In this document: piece by piece, positions 16,441 to 26,400 of the stretch | How the letters are laid out: the number at the start of each line of letters is the position of its first letter | Position numbering within the stretch: position 1 is the first letter of the stretch | From: Candidatus Uhrbacteria bacterium | GTDB lineage: Bacteria > Patescibacteriota > Patescibacteriia > UBA9934 > GWF2-40-263 | Direction of reading: 5' to 3' | Length of the DNA stretch: 54,262 nucleotides | Assembly (NCBI GenBank): GCA_016206085.1 | Contig: JACQSF010000002.1 | Span: 1-54,262, forward strand | Made by a program: the position numbers and the translations under genes | Notes under the pieces: model-generated | Database searches by the model: none | What the model saw: only the letters and a program-made list of their open reading frames with translations | What the model was told of the DNA's origin: nothing

Positions 16441-17196
16441 ATGTCCCTGGCAGAGAAGATGACCGAAAACATGAAGGCTGCCATGAAAGCCAAAGACAGC
16501 GCAACGCTTTCCACGTTGCGTTTGTTGATTTCTGCGTTGAAGAATAAAAAGATCGATGTTCAGCACGAACTTTCCGAGACGGAGGTGATGGACGTGGTGA
16601 AGAGTCAGGTAAAGCAGTTGAAGGATTCGATTGAGTCGTTCAAGACAGGAGGACGTGAGGACTTGGCTCAAAGTGCACAGGTGGAAGTCACGGCGCTTGA
16701 GCAGTACCTCCCAACGCAGATGAGTGACGAAGAACTCGCCCAAGTTGTCCAAGAGGCCGTTGAGAAGAGTGGAGCCACCAGCCGCGCCGATATGGGCAAA
16801 GTGATGGGTGTGGCGATGGCAGCCGTTTCTGGACGTGCGGATGGATCACGCGTGAAAGAAATTGTCGGAACGCTCTTGTCTGCGTTTGTGCCCGTGGTGG
16901 TTGGTCTCGGACTTTTTACCTTAGACGCCCACGCAGCCGTTCCTCTCATCGATAATTTCACCACGGGAACATCGTACTTCGAGTTCATGCTACGGATCGT
17001 GCGAGTGCTCGTTTTGTGGATGGGGGTTGTGGCTATCACACTTATTTTAAGTGGAGGATTTCAGTATATGAAGGCCTCCAACAATGACAACGAACATGAA
17101 ATAGCGTTGGCAAAAATAGTTAAAGGTCTGTTTAGCACACTTGCCGTCGGAGGCATTTTTGCTTTTTGCACTATTTACTTGGAGCGACTCTACTAA
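16441..17196 (+). CDS. GatB/YqeY-domain protein fused to a C-terminal TrbC/VirB2-type pilin-like membrane domain
   Basis: About 145 aa of YqeY (MKAAMKAKD...LRLL...EQYLPTQMS...MGKVMG...ADGSRV), then a hydrophobic segment, AHA, and two TM helices around GGFQYM. Confidence 0.85.
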   Translation: MSLAEKMTENMKAAMKAKDSATLSTLRLLISALKNKKIDVQHELSETEVMDVVKSQVKQLKDSIESFKTGGREDLAQSAQVEVTALEQYLPTQMSDEELAQVVQEAVEKSGATSRADMGKVMGVAMAAVSGRADGSRVKEIVGTLLSAFVPVVVGLGLFTLDAHAAVPLIDNFTTGTSYFEFMLRIVRVLVLWMGVVAITLILSGGFQYMKASNNDNEHEIALAKIVKGLFSTLAVGGIFAFCTIYLERLY

Positions 17197-17310
17197 CTAC
17201 ACGGAGGATACTATAATGGGGTTTGGTTCACACCATCCTTTTTTATTAAAGAAAAGAAAAAGGCGACAAACAATATGTTCATCGCCGTCGTTGTCAGTAG
17301 CCACCACTAC

Positions 17311-18267
17311 CTACGGTGAACAATCCTTCTGAGGTTCGCAGCGACGGTCATAGTACGGTTGGCACTTGTCGGTCGGTGAGCAGTCCGGACGGCAGCTTCC
17401 GCGTGGTCTGCAGTCGGGTCCGCACTCTCCGTCAGTGGCGCGCTCCGGGTGCTCCACGTTGAGCCTTTCGAGGAAGCGCTGCATGGTGGCACCTTCGGCC
17501 AGGATGGAGAGGCCAGTGTTGACATTTCCCAGTTGTGTGAACTTGGAGAACACGCACGGGTAAACGTCCCCGTTGTAGTCGATGGCCATCTTGGTGTTGC
17601 CGCAGGCGCCGCAGAGCTCCTTGAAAGGATCGCGGATCGCGTCCAGGCTCACCACGCCGCGGCCGAAGCCACGCATGCGATCGGAGCCAACATTCTTCAC
17701 GCCCAGGGCGCGTATCTGCGCGATCGTCGCTTCGATGGTGTCGTCGTTGACGCCAGGGATCTCGATGACCCCGACACGAACCTGTAGTCCGAGCTCGACG
17801 GCTCGGATGATCGCGGCGCGTGTCTTCTGGTGGCTGCCCTGGCGGGTGGTCACGACGTCGTGGATCTCAGCTTTGGTCGCGTAGTAGGAGAAGGCCATAC
17901 GCACGTTGTTCTGGGCGAGCACATTCCACAGCTCGTTCTTGATGGTCGTCCCGTTGGTGTAGATGCCGACGTTGATCCCAAGCTCGGTGGCGGTCGCGAT
18001 GAGCAGGCCGATGTCCGGGTGGAGCGTGGGTTCACCGCCGATGAAGTCGACGAACTCGACACCAAGGTTGGCCGCTTCGGTCAGGACACGGATCCAGTCC
18101 TTCGTTGCCATGCTCCCTAGCAGGGGTAGACGAGGGTCCGATTCCTCGTAGCAGTGTGTGCACTCGAGGTTGCACTGACGAGTCAGCTCCAGCCACAGGA
18201 AGGTGAGCTTTGAGTGGTTTGTGTCCAGGTCGGTGATGTCTTGAATGGCGTTCGCGTCGACACGCAT
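17311..18267 (-). CDS. Radical SAM enzyme with Twitch/SPASM-like motif and a CxP-repeat tail
   Basis: CNLECTHC, IGGEPT, TNG, CGACG...IDYNGDVYPC; seven CxP motifs at the C-terminus; SD AAGGAG before ATG 18267. Confidence 0.92.
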   Translation of the reverse strand: MRVDANAIQDITDLDTNHSKLTFLWLELTRQCNLECTHCYEESDPRLPLLGSMATKDWIRVLTEAANLGVEFVDFIGGEPTLHPDIGLLIATATELGINVGIYTNGTTIKNELWNVLAQNNVRMAFSYYATKAEIHDVVTTRQGSHQKTRAAIIRAVELGLQVRVGVIEIPGVNDDTIEATIAQIRALGVKNVGSDRMRGFGRGVVSLDAIRDPFKELCGACGNTKMAIDYNGDVYPCVFSKFTQLGNVNTGLSILAEGATMQRFLERLNVEHPERATDGECGPDCRPRGSCRPDCSPTDKCQPYYDRRCEPQKDCSP

Positions 18268-18457
18268 GTCGACTCCTTGGGTTTGAGTATGGAGGTTGGC
18301 GATCTTCTGCCGATTTCTTAATAGCATAAGAGGTAATCGATGTCGAGAGATCCAGGTGTCTTCATCGATACCGCCTGTTCTTTTGTTTTGTCCACATCTT
18401 TTCGACGACCGTTGAACACAAATACGCTACAATAGAAGCACGCTGAGACGGACCCAC

Positions 18458-20341
18458 ATGCATCGACCTCTCACGCACCCAACCATAGAGTCTTTTGTAC
18501 GTGCGCTCATTCTTTTGATCGTGGCGTTTTGTGTTTTTGGTTTGCTGATGGCCGCTGTGCCAGCCTTGGCGCAAGAAACAGCCTTTGAGCAATTCGGTGA
18601 TGCTTCGACTCTTTCTCAAGACTCGATTGCGATTATTATCGCTCGAGTTATTCGTGTCGCGCTTACGCTTGTTGGGATTATCTTTACTTGTCTTATTATC
18701 TACGCAGGGTTTCTCTATCTGTTGGCTCGTGGAGAACCAGAACCGATCAAGAAGGCGAAGAATATTTTTCGACAGTCCATCATCGGTCTTATCATCATTT
18801 TTTCTGCATACTCGATTGCGACTTTTATCTTGAACCGATTGCTAGATGCGGCCTTTACTGGAACCTCTGAAGCGATTGCCGATGCCTACTCCGAACCGCT
18901 CTCCGGTTCTCTGGGTGGGGGGATCCTTGATGACCACTATCCTGAGCGTGACGCGGTCGACATCCCGCGCAACACGCGAATTTTTGTGAGCTTTAAGGAG
19001 CCAATCGATCCTAAGTCGATTATCAGTAATTATGACGAGGATACTGAGACGGCAGATTATTTGAATACGGACTCAATTATTATTTACCCAACTGCAGAGG
19101 GAGTGGGTTCGGCGCTGGGTGAGACAGAAGTCGTTGTGAGGTATGACGAGGACTTCGAGATTTTCGTCTTCGACCCTGTGGAATACCTTGGGAGTTCACA
19201 GGAAGACACAAACTACACCGTGACGCTCACGAAAAAAATTCAAAAGGCAACAGGCTCCGCTGCATTCTCGGGTATGTACGCCGACGGCTATTCGTGGACG
19301 TTTGAAGTGTCTACCGAGATTGATCTCACCCCTCCGTACGTCACAAGCATTGTTCCGGCTGCGGGCGCAGATGAGCCACGCAACGTGACCGTCGAGATTA
19401 ACTTCAGCGAGGCGATGGATCCCGTTGCAACGACGGGCTCCTACATTGAAGACGAAGACAGTTTCTTTACGAATATTCAAGTACTGGATTCGACTCTTGA
19501 AGTCGTCGAAGGAACATTTGAGATTAGCAACGGGTATCGCACGATCAGCTTCACCACGACAGACGCTTGTGGAGAGGATCCGTGTGGGGACACCATCTAT
19601 TGCTTGCCGACGAACCAACTTATTTCAGCCGTTGCCAAAGCTGCCACGCTTAATGAAGAGGAAATTCCTCAGGCGGAGCCAACGGGATACACGTTTGATG
19701 GGGTCGTGGATGCGGCCGCCAATTCGCTCGATGGGGACAATGATGGAAATGCCTGTGGATCTGAAACTGACACAATTGAGTGTGAAGACGGGGATGACAA
19801 TGACAACTACGAGTGGAGTTTTACGACCAATGATGAAATTGAGGACACCGTTCCGCAGATCATTGAGGGCGGACTAGACCCAGAGATCAAAGAAGACGAG
19901 ATTAGCACCAGCGCAGACGTGGAGGTGACGTTCAATACTTATCTGAAGTCTTCGACGGTCAAGACCAACAGCGTCTCGCTCTGGCCGGATCCGTATTATG
20001 AGTTCTGGTTTGCAATCCGCAAAGACAATGATGATGAGAATGAACGAACGACCGTCCTTATTGAGCATCCGTCCTTGGTGAGTACTGCTGAGGGTGGATG
20101 GGATTATTGGCCTGTCTTGAACAATGAGATCAAGAGCGCGTATCAGATTTGTATGTACCCAGCGATTGGTCCGGGAGCGAACTGCGTGGAAGGACGAGAC
20201 CAGGAGCGTCCTTACTGCTGTAACGGAATCGCCTCGGATCAAGCTTGTCAGACCCAGGTGCAAGAATCCATTGAGGAGTATCCGATTCCTGCCAGCATCT
20301 CGGATTACAACCTTCCAGATAACACCGAGACTGAATTATAA
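18458..20341 (+). CDS. Surface protein: T4SS-pilin-like N-terminal membrane domain plus Ig-like domains
   Basis: Signal-like segment ending ALA; IIARVIRVAL...YAGFLY...IKKAKNIF..SIIGLIII pilin-like hairpin; Ig-like repeats (IFVSFKEPIDP, VEINFSEAMDP, VEVTFNTYL); very acidic. Confidence 0.85.
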   Translation: MHRPLTHPTIESFVRALILLIVAFCVFGLLMAAVPALAQETAFEQFGDASTLSQDSIAIIIARVIRVALTLVGIIFTCLIIYAGFLYLLARGEPEPIKKAKNIFRQSIIGLIIIFSAYSIATFILNRLLDAAFTGTSEAIADAYSEPLSGSLGGGILDDHYPERDAVDIPRNTRIFVSFKEPIDPKSIISNYDEDTETADYLNTDSIIIYPTAEGVGSALGETEVVVRYDEDFEIFVFDPVEYLGSSQEDTNYTVTLTKKIQKATGSAAFSGMYADGYSWTFEVSTEIDLTPPYVTSIVPAAGADEPRNVTVEINFSEAMDPVATTGSYIEDEDSFFTNIQVLDSTLEVVEGTFEISNGYRTISFTTTDACGEDPCGDTIYCLPTNQLISAVAKAATLNEEEIPQAEPTGYTFDGVVDAAANSLDGDNDGNACGSETDTIECEDGDDNDNYEWSFTTNDEIEDTVPQIIEGGLDPEIKEDEISTSADVEVTFNTYLKSSTVKTNSVSLWPDPYYEFWFAIRKDNDDENERTTVLIEHPSLVSTAEGGWDYWPVLNNEIKSAYQICMYPAIGPGANCVEGRDQERPYCCNGIASDQACQTQVQESIEEYPIPASISDYNLPDNTETEL

Positions 20342-20347
20342 ATTTCA

Positions 20348-20426
20348 GGGGTCAGGTGCTACAGGGAAAAAATTTCTTGCTGGCAAAGCCGGGCCAATAA
20401 ATTTTTTCCCTGTAGCACCTGACCCC
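20348..20426. repeat. Perfect 28-bp inverted repeat with a 23-nt loop (MITE-like)
   Basis: GGGGTCAGGTGCTACAGGGAAAAAATTT (20348-20375) and its exact reverse complement (20399-20426). Confidence 0.9.
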
Positions 20427-20433
20427 AGCATTC

Positions 20434-23400
20434 ATGAGACGACGATCAACATTTTTTGCCCTTTTGCTTGCACTGATCCTCAGTGTCGGGATTTTTGTCG
20501 CTCTTCCGACGTATGCACAGGACGTCGACTTTGAATCATTCGCTGAAACAGCAGGATTTTCTACCACCGCCAGTATCACGGTCATTATCGCGCGACTCAT
20601 CCGCACCGCAATCACGCTCGTGGGTGTCGTGACGGTCGTATTCCTGGTGTATGGGGGGTTTGTGTGGATGACCTCAGGAGGAGATGCCACGCGACTGAAA
20701 AAGGCCAAAGACATTATTACCAACGCGATCATTGGTTTGCTTCTTGTATTTGCGAGCTTTGCGATCGTCTCGTTTGTGTTGAACGCGCTTGTAGGCGCGA
20801 CTGGTGGAGACATCTCCGGAAATAGTGACTCGGGCTCGGGTTCGTATTCCGATGGAGGCGGAGGATCCTCGTTTTATCTCAGCTCCGTGAATACCGAGTG
20901 TGCCGAGGCGCTACAGAATTTACAGCTACAGTTTATTTTTTCGAAAAAGGTTGATGCGGATACGATCGAGGAAGGAATCGTGATTGAGGACGCGGGGGGT
21001 GGAGTTGTCGAAGGAACGTTTTCCACCTCAAGTCGCACGGTTATCTTCACCCCTTTACAAACCTGCGACAGTCCATACGAAGACGAATTCTGCTTTGACG
21101 CGCTTGCGAGCTACACTATCGACGTCGATTCGACCATTATTGAATCATCGAGTGGCGCATCGCTCACCTGTACCACAACCTATCCTTGTAGCTTTAGCTT
21201 CACCACGGGTTCTGCGATCGACATCGACGACCCAACTGTTGAGATGGATGCCCCCGAAGATGGGGAGAGCCTCTATGTTGGTTCGATTGAACTTGTACAG
21301 GCGTTGACAGCAGACGATAGTGGTGTTTCTACTGTCGATTTTTACGTCGTTGTTGATGATGAGGCGATTTATTCTTCGGGCGTTGACTATTCCAGCGCGG
21401 GAACCCTTACGGGCGAGAATGTTGAGAACGCGTTTTTTACAGACACCGCAGAAGAATGGGACACGGAAGGCTATACCACCAACGAAGAATACGACATTTG
21501 GGCCACAGGATATGACTGTGCCGGTAACACGGATACGGCAAGTCGTGTCACGGTCGTGCTTCGAGCGGCAAACTGCAATAACGAAGTGCTTGATGAGGAC
21601 TTAGGAGAGACCGATGTTGATTGCGGCGGGGACTCAAGCAGTGCGTATTATTGCGGATCCTGTGACGGGGATTCGTGTACAGAGAATTCTCAATGTGCGA
21701 GCGGCCAGTGTGTGGATGGACAATGTGTCACGACCCCAAAGATCGAGGGCGTTTCGCCGGGAGATGGAGCCGTCGATAATCTCATCACGATTTCTGGAGA
21801 AGGTTTTGGGGGTGAAGAAGGCGTTCTTACATTTTTGGGAACTGAGTTAGGCGACGAGGTGGATGTGAGCGCCTATGAGTGTAACGCTGAAGTTCAGTGG
21901 TCAGATTCAGAGATTATCGTTCAGGTTCCAGGTGCCGCCATCGATGGTCCGATATCCGTGACAACGTCCGAGGATGAAACCGAACGGACAGATGATGACT
22001 ATGGTCCATCTATCGCCGACTTTGACGTGAACGCCATTGCGCGGCCGGGGATTTGTCTACTCGATCCAAGCGCAGACGATTATGGAAGTCCCATTGATGT
22101 GTATGGCAACAGTTTTGGTGAGGAACAGGGATCGTCGACATTCTATTTTACCAACTATGAGGCTTCCTCGTATGTATCCTGGCTGGATGACCAGTTAGAG
22201 GTGGTCGTGCCGAACGTAAACTCTGGATCATATCGGACACAGGTTTTCACGGGTGACTTTGTGTGTATCGACGCTGAGGGAAGTGCAACAGCCACGACCT
22301 GTTCCGACGATACCGACTGCGATACCGAAACGGGAGAGAGTTGTGCAACATCATGGTGCTCCGAGACACTCGATTATTGTGAGACCGATGATGACTGTGG
22401 AGATGAGGAGGGAAGTTGTGAATCGATTCGCGTTGGATCCAATGAAGTCTCCTTTACGGTTGCAGACGTCTCAAGTGATTCGACACCCATTATTTCCTCG
22501 ATCGACTCAGGATGGAAAGCCTGTTCTGACGACAACACGCATTGTGGAGACGATGACGACTGTTCCGAGGGGGCAACCTGTGATGACGCCCCCAACTGGG
22601 GACCACCAGGTCAGTACATAACCATTTACGGGACAGGATTTGGCACATCAACGGGGTCCATCTTTTTTGAAAATGAATCTCTTGGGTACACCGCGCTGGG
22701 TGACACGGATTTCCCCGATGCCTGTGGCGATGATTTTTGGCATGACACCTACGTAACCGTAAAGGTGCCGGAAACCTATCAAACAGAAAGTCTCGATGCG
22801 ATTGAAGCTATTGAACACGCCTTGACGCTTGAGCGCGCGGATGGTGTCGATTCTGCCTCCGTGGACTTTGTTGTGTTGGACGACACTCCAGGGCCAGCGA
22901 TTTGTGATGTTGATCCCTCCGCAGGGCCTGCGGATACGGAGGTGACGATTTATGGTGAAAATTTTGGAACTGACGATGGAACAGTGACGTTTTATAGCAT
23001 CCAAGAAGCTGACTATTCTTTGTGGGAGAATGATGAGATTTCCAGCGTTGTTGTGCCGGATGAGGCCGCAACAGGACCTGTGTATGTGGAAGAAGCGGAA
23101 AATGGGTACTCGTCCAATTCGATCACATTTACGGTCGGCGACTGTCGAGAAGAAGCAGAGTTATGTGATGCTGAGGAGGGGACGAGCTGTTGTTCGGATG
23201 GCTCGTGCTCATTTGATTGTGGTGAAAGAGATGAAGTGGAAGCGCATTATGCGTTCATGATTACGACCGGTATCACGCCCAACACGCCAAATGTCATTGT
23301 GTCTTGTACGGAGTCAGGAGTCTCGCCAACGCCGTGGGAAGGCTGGAGCCAACCGGAAGACGTCTGTGTGACCGCAAGCGTGGAGGCTGAGTTCGACATG

Positions 23401-26400
23401 GCCATGGATCAGGATACGATTACAACGTCGACGGTTATTGTGCGAGCCTGTACAGCGGAGTTTACCGCGGAGGAAGAAGAGGCTGAGGAGACGATCTGCT
23501 CTTTTACAGGTACATCTTGTGATGACGATGATGATTGTACACAGGAGGATGAGGAGTGTCTTGCTCCTAGAGAGGGTGAATGCAAAAACTGGGAGGCGGT
23601 GAGTGGAAGTGTTGCAACCGATGAAACGGGTTTTGCTTGGTCGCCGACAGATTCTTTTGAGACGTCCACGCTCTATCGCGTGACCCTCCAAGGAGAGGAT
23701 CAGATTGCCAGTGAGGACAGCGGATACATGGTAGAAGACTATACCTGGGAGTTTACGACCAGTTCCTCAGGAGCCCCCTGTGAGGTTGGTGATGTGAACG
23801 TGCGTCCAAGTGAATATACCGAAACAGAACAAACAGACGTTGACTACTCGGCGCAGCTCATTGCTGCTAATGATTTGTGTGTGGCCGTGAGCTGTACAGG
23901 CTATACGCTTAACTGGGAGTCTGATTTTGATGGCGCGACGATCGCCACGGCTGAACCTGGGGCAGGAATTTGTACGAATGAAGTTTCGGCGGTTGATGAG
24001 ACGCCTGCTAATGATCCAGCACGTATTACCGCAACGGTGACGAATGCGGAAAATGATCCGTCGGACGATGGCTACTTGACGATCAATTTCCTCGATCCAG
24101 AAATTGACGACTACTTTCCGCAATGTTCGACTGCCTGCGTGAATGCCCTGCCCTGGGGAGAGTTTAATACGGTCATGTCCGATACGACGATCAGTGCGAG
24201 CAGTGTGACGCTGTATGAATGTTTGAATTCCTTGTGTGAGACATCGGGTTTGGATGAAGTCGATTTTGTTGATTCGATCAGTTACAGCTCGACGACCCAG
24301 AAGTTTTATATCAATTTTGAAGATGAAGAGACGATGGATCCCAACACCTGGTATCGGGTCGTCGTCGATGGGGATGCTGTTCTTTCGTATACAGGTGTGG
24401 CCTTGTCAGAATCTGGATCAAACTACGGAACCGACGAGAACCGCTATTTTGAAGATGATTTTTCTTGGAGATTTAAAACGAAAGACAGTTCTGTAAGCTG
24501 CGCGATTGATTCCGTCACCCTAGACCCAGAACTCGCGACCATGACGTACATCGGGGAGCGAGCGGAATTTGACGCAACCGGACAGGGAGCTCCGGATGAT
24601 TGTTCTGCGGCCGGCCAAACGCTTCAGTCAGGTTCGTATGAGTGGGAAGCATGGACCGCAACAGACTCACCCAACAATGTGGGAGGTACGTCTGGTAGCG
24701 AGTCCGCGCAAGATGAGATCGTGGCATACATGATTTCGGATGGAGCCATTGGGCTCACGAGTTCGATTCCTACTTACTGTACGGCCGCGTGTCTCAATGC
24801 TGGTGCGCCTGTTACAACGGCGGAAGGCGTTTGCGGAAATGGAGACATTGAGGATTCAGAAGAATGTGATGACGGGGGAGTGGAGGATGATGATGGATGT
24901 TCGAGTGTTTGTTTGAATGAAGGATCGAACTCGACCTGTGGCGACGGGGACATCGACGATGGGGAAGATTGTGATGACAGCAATACCACAGGAGGCGATG
25001 GGTGTTCGTCGATCTGTTTGAACGAAGGTTCTCGATCCATTGGGGCAACTTGCGGAGATGGAACACAAGACTGGGTGGCGAATACAGGAGGAGAGGATTG
25101 TGATGACGGGAACTCAGCGGCGGGTGATGGATGTTCCAACAACTGTCTGCTTGAGGGATCTACATCCGAGGAAGATGTGTATGCGGTCTGTGGAGACGGT
25201 ACGGTTGACGACGGAGAGGATTGCGATCCGGGAGATTGGAGCGCAGAAGGAGATGGCTGTTCCGCAAGCTGTCTGTATGAAGGAACGAGTGCCTGTCCGA
25301 CGAGCGCGTCAACAAAGTGTTGTGGAAATGATGACGTAGAAACAGGCGAGGAATGTGATGGAGAGGAAGGATGTTCTTCAAGATGTTTGTGGGCGGGTTC
25401 GTCTTATTCCTATTCGACTTCTTCGTTTTGTGGAGATGGCGATGATACAGGGATAGGTGAGGAGTGCGATGCCCTTTCTACAGCCACGCTTTCTGTTGGG
25501 GATTACGGAGTCGGTCAGGTTGCCACTGGGGCACCGGAAGAAGTGAACGAGTCAACGGGATACGCCATCTCGACTGTGTCAGTAACCGTGGATGGAGATG
25601 TCACCGGAAAGGCAACGCTCCAGCTTCAGTGTGCCTGTACGACAGACGCGTCCTGTGGGGTGACCGGTATTGGATGTGGAGACAAGAATTGTTGCTATGA
25701 ACGGCCGACACTTGTGGATGGCCAAGTTTATCCAGCGGAAAATTCAGGCACCCTTGAGGCAGGTGGGGATGGCTATTGTCGCAACACGGCCATCTGGCTT
25801 GAGTTTTCGCAGATGATGGATGAGGCGACGTTTGATGAGACCGTCGATGATGATGGCGACGGCATTGATGAGACGACCGATGGCGATGGAATTATTCAAC
25901 AGAATGAGTTTGACGCGAATCTATATCTTGATCTTGTCTCGGTCGATTCCAACGGCGACGGAACCCAAGAAAAGATTGATGAGATTGCCGATTGTCCAAC
26001 CGGCTATGACGGGGCGTCCGTGAGTTCCGCAACCAGCGCTGGGGCACGATTCTGGCATTGGATCAAGTCGCTGGTGCTTGGGGTATTTGGACGCGAGGCC
26101 AGCGCAAGTGATACCTTCGCCTGCCATGTTCCTGTGACCTATGAGATTTCGCAGAATACTGATGGCAGTATGCGCGCCTACTTGCGGTACAGTACGCTCT
26201 TGGAAGAAAACGCGGTTTACCGACTTGTGGTCATTGGAGATGATAATGCGACAGACCTGATAAAAGATGGGGTCTTGAGTGAGGATGCCGTCACGCTGTG
26301 TTTAGGGGCGACGTGTGGAGACGATGTTTTTAATCAGAAGTTTGAAATTGGTGAAGACATCTGTGATTTGGATCGCGTCGTCGTGGAGGATCTTGGAGAT

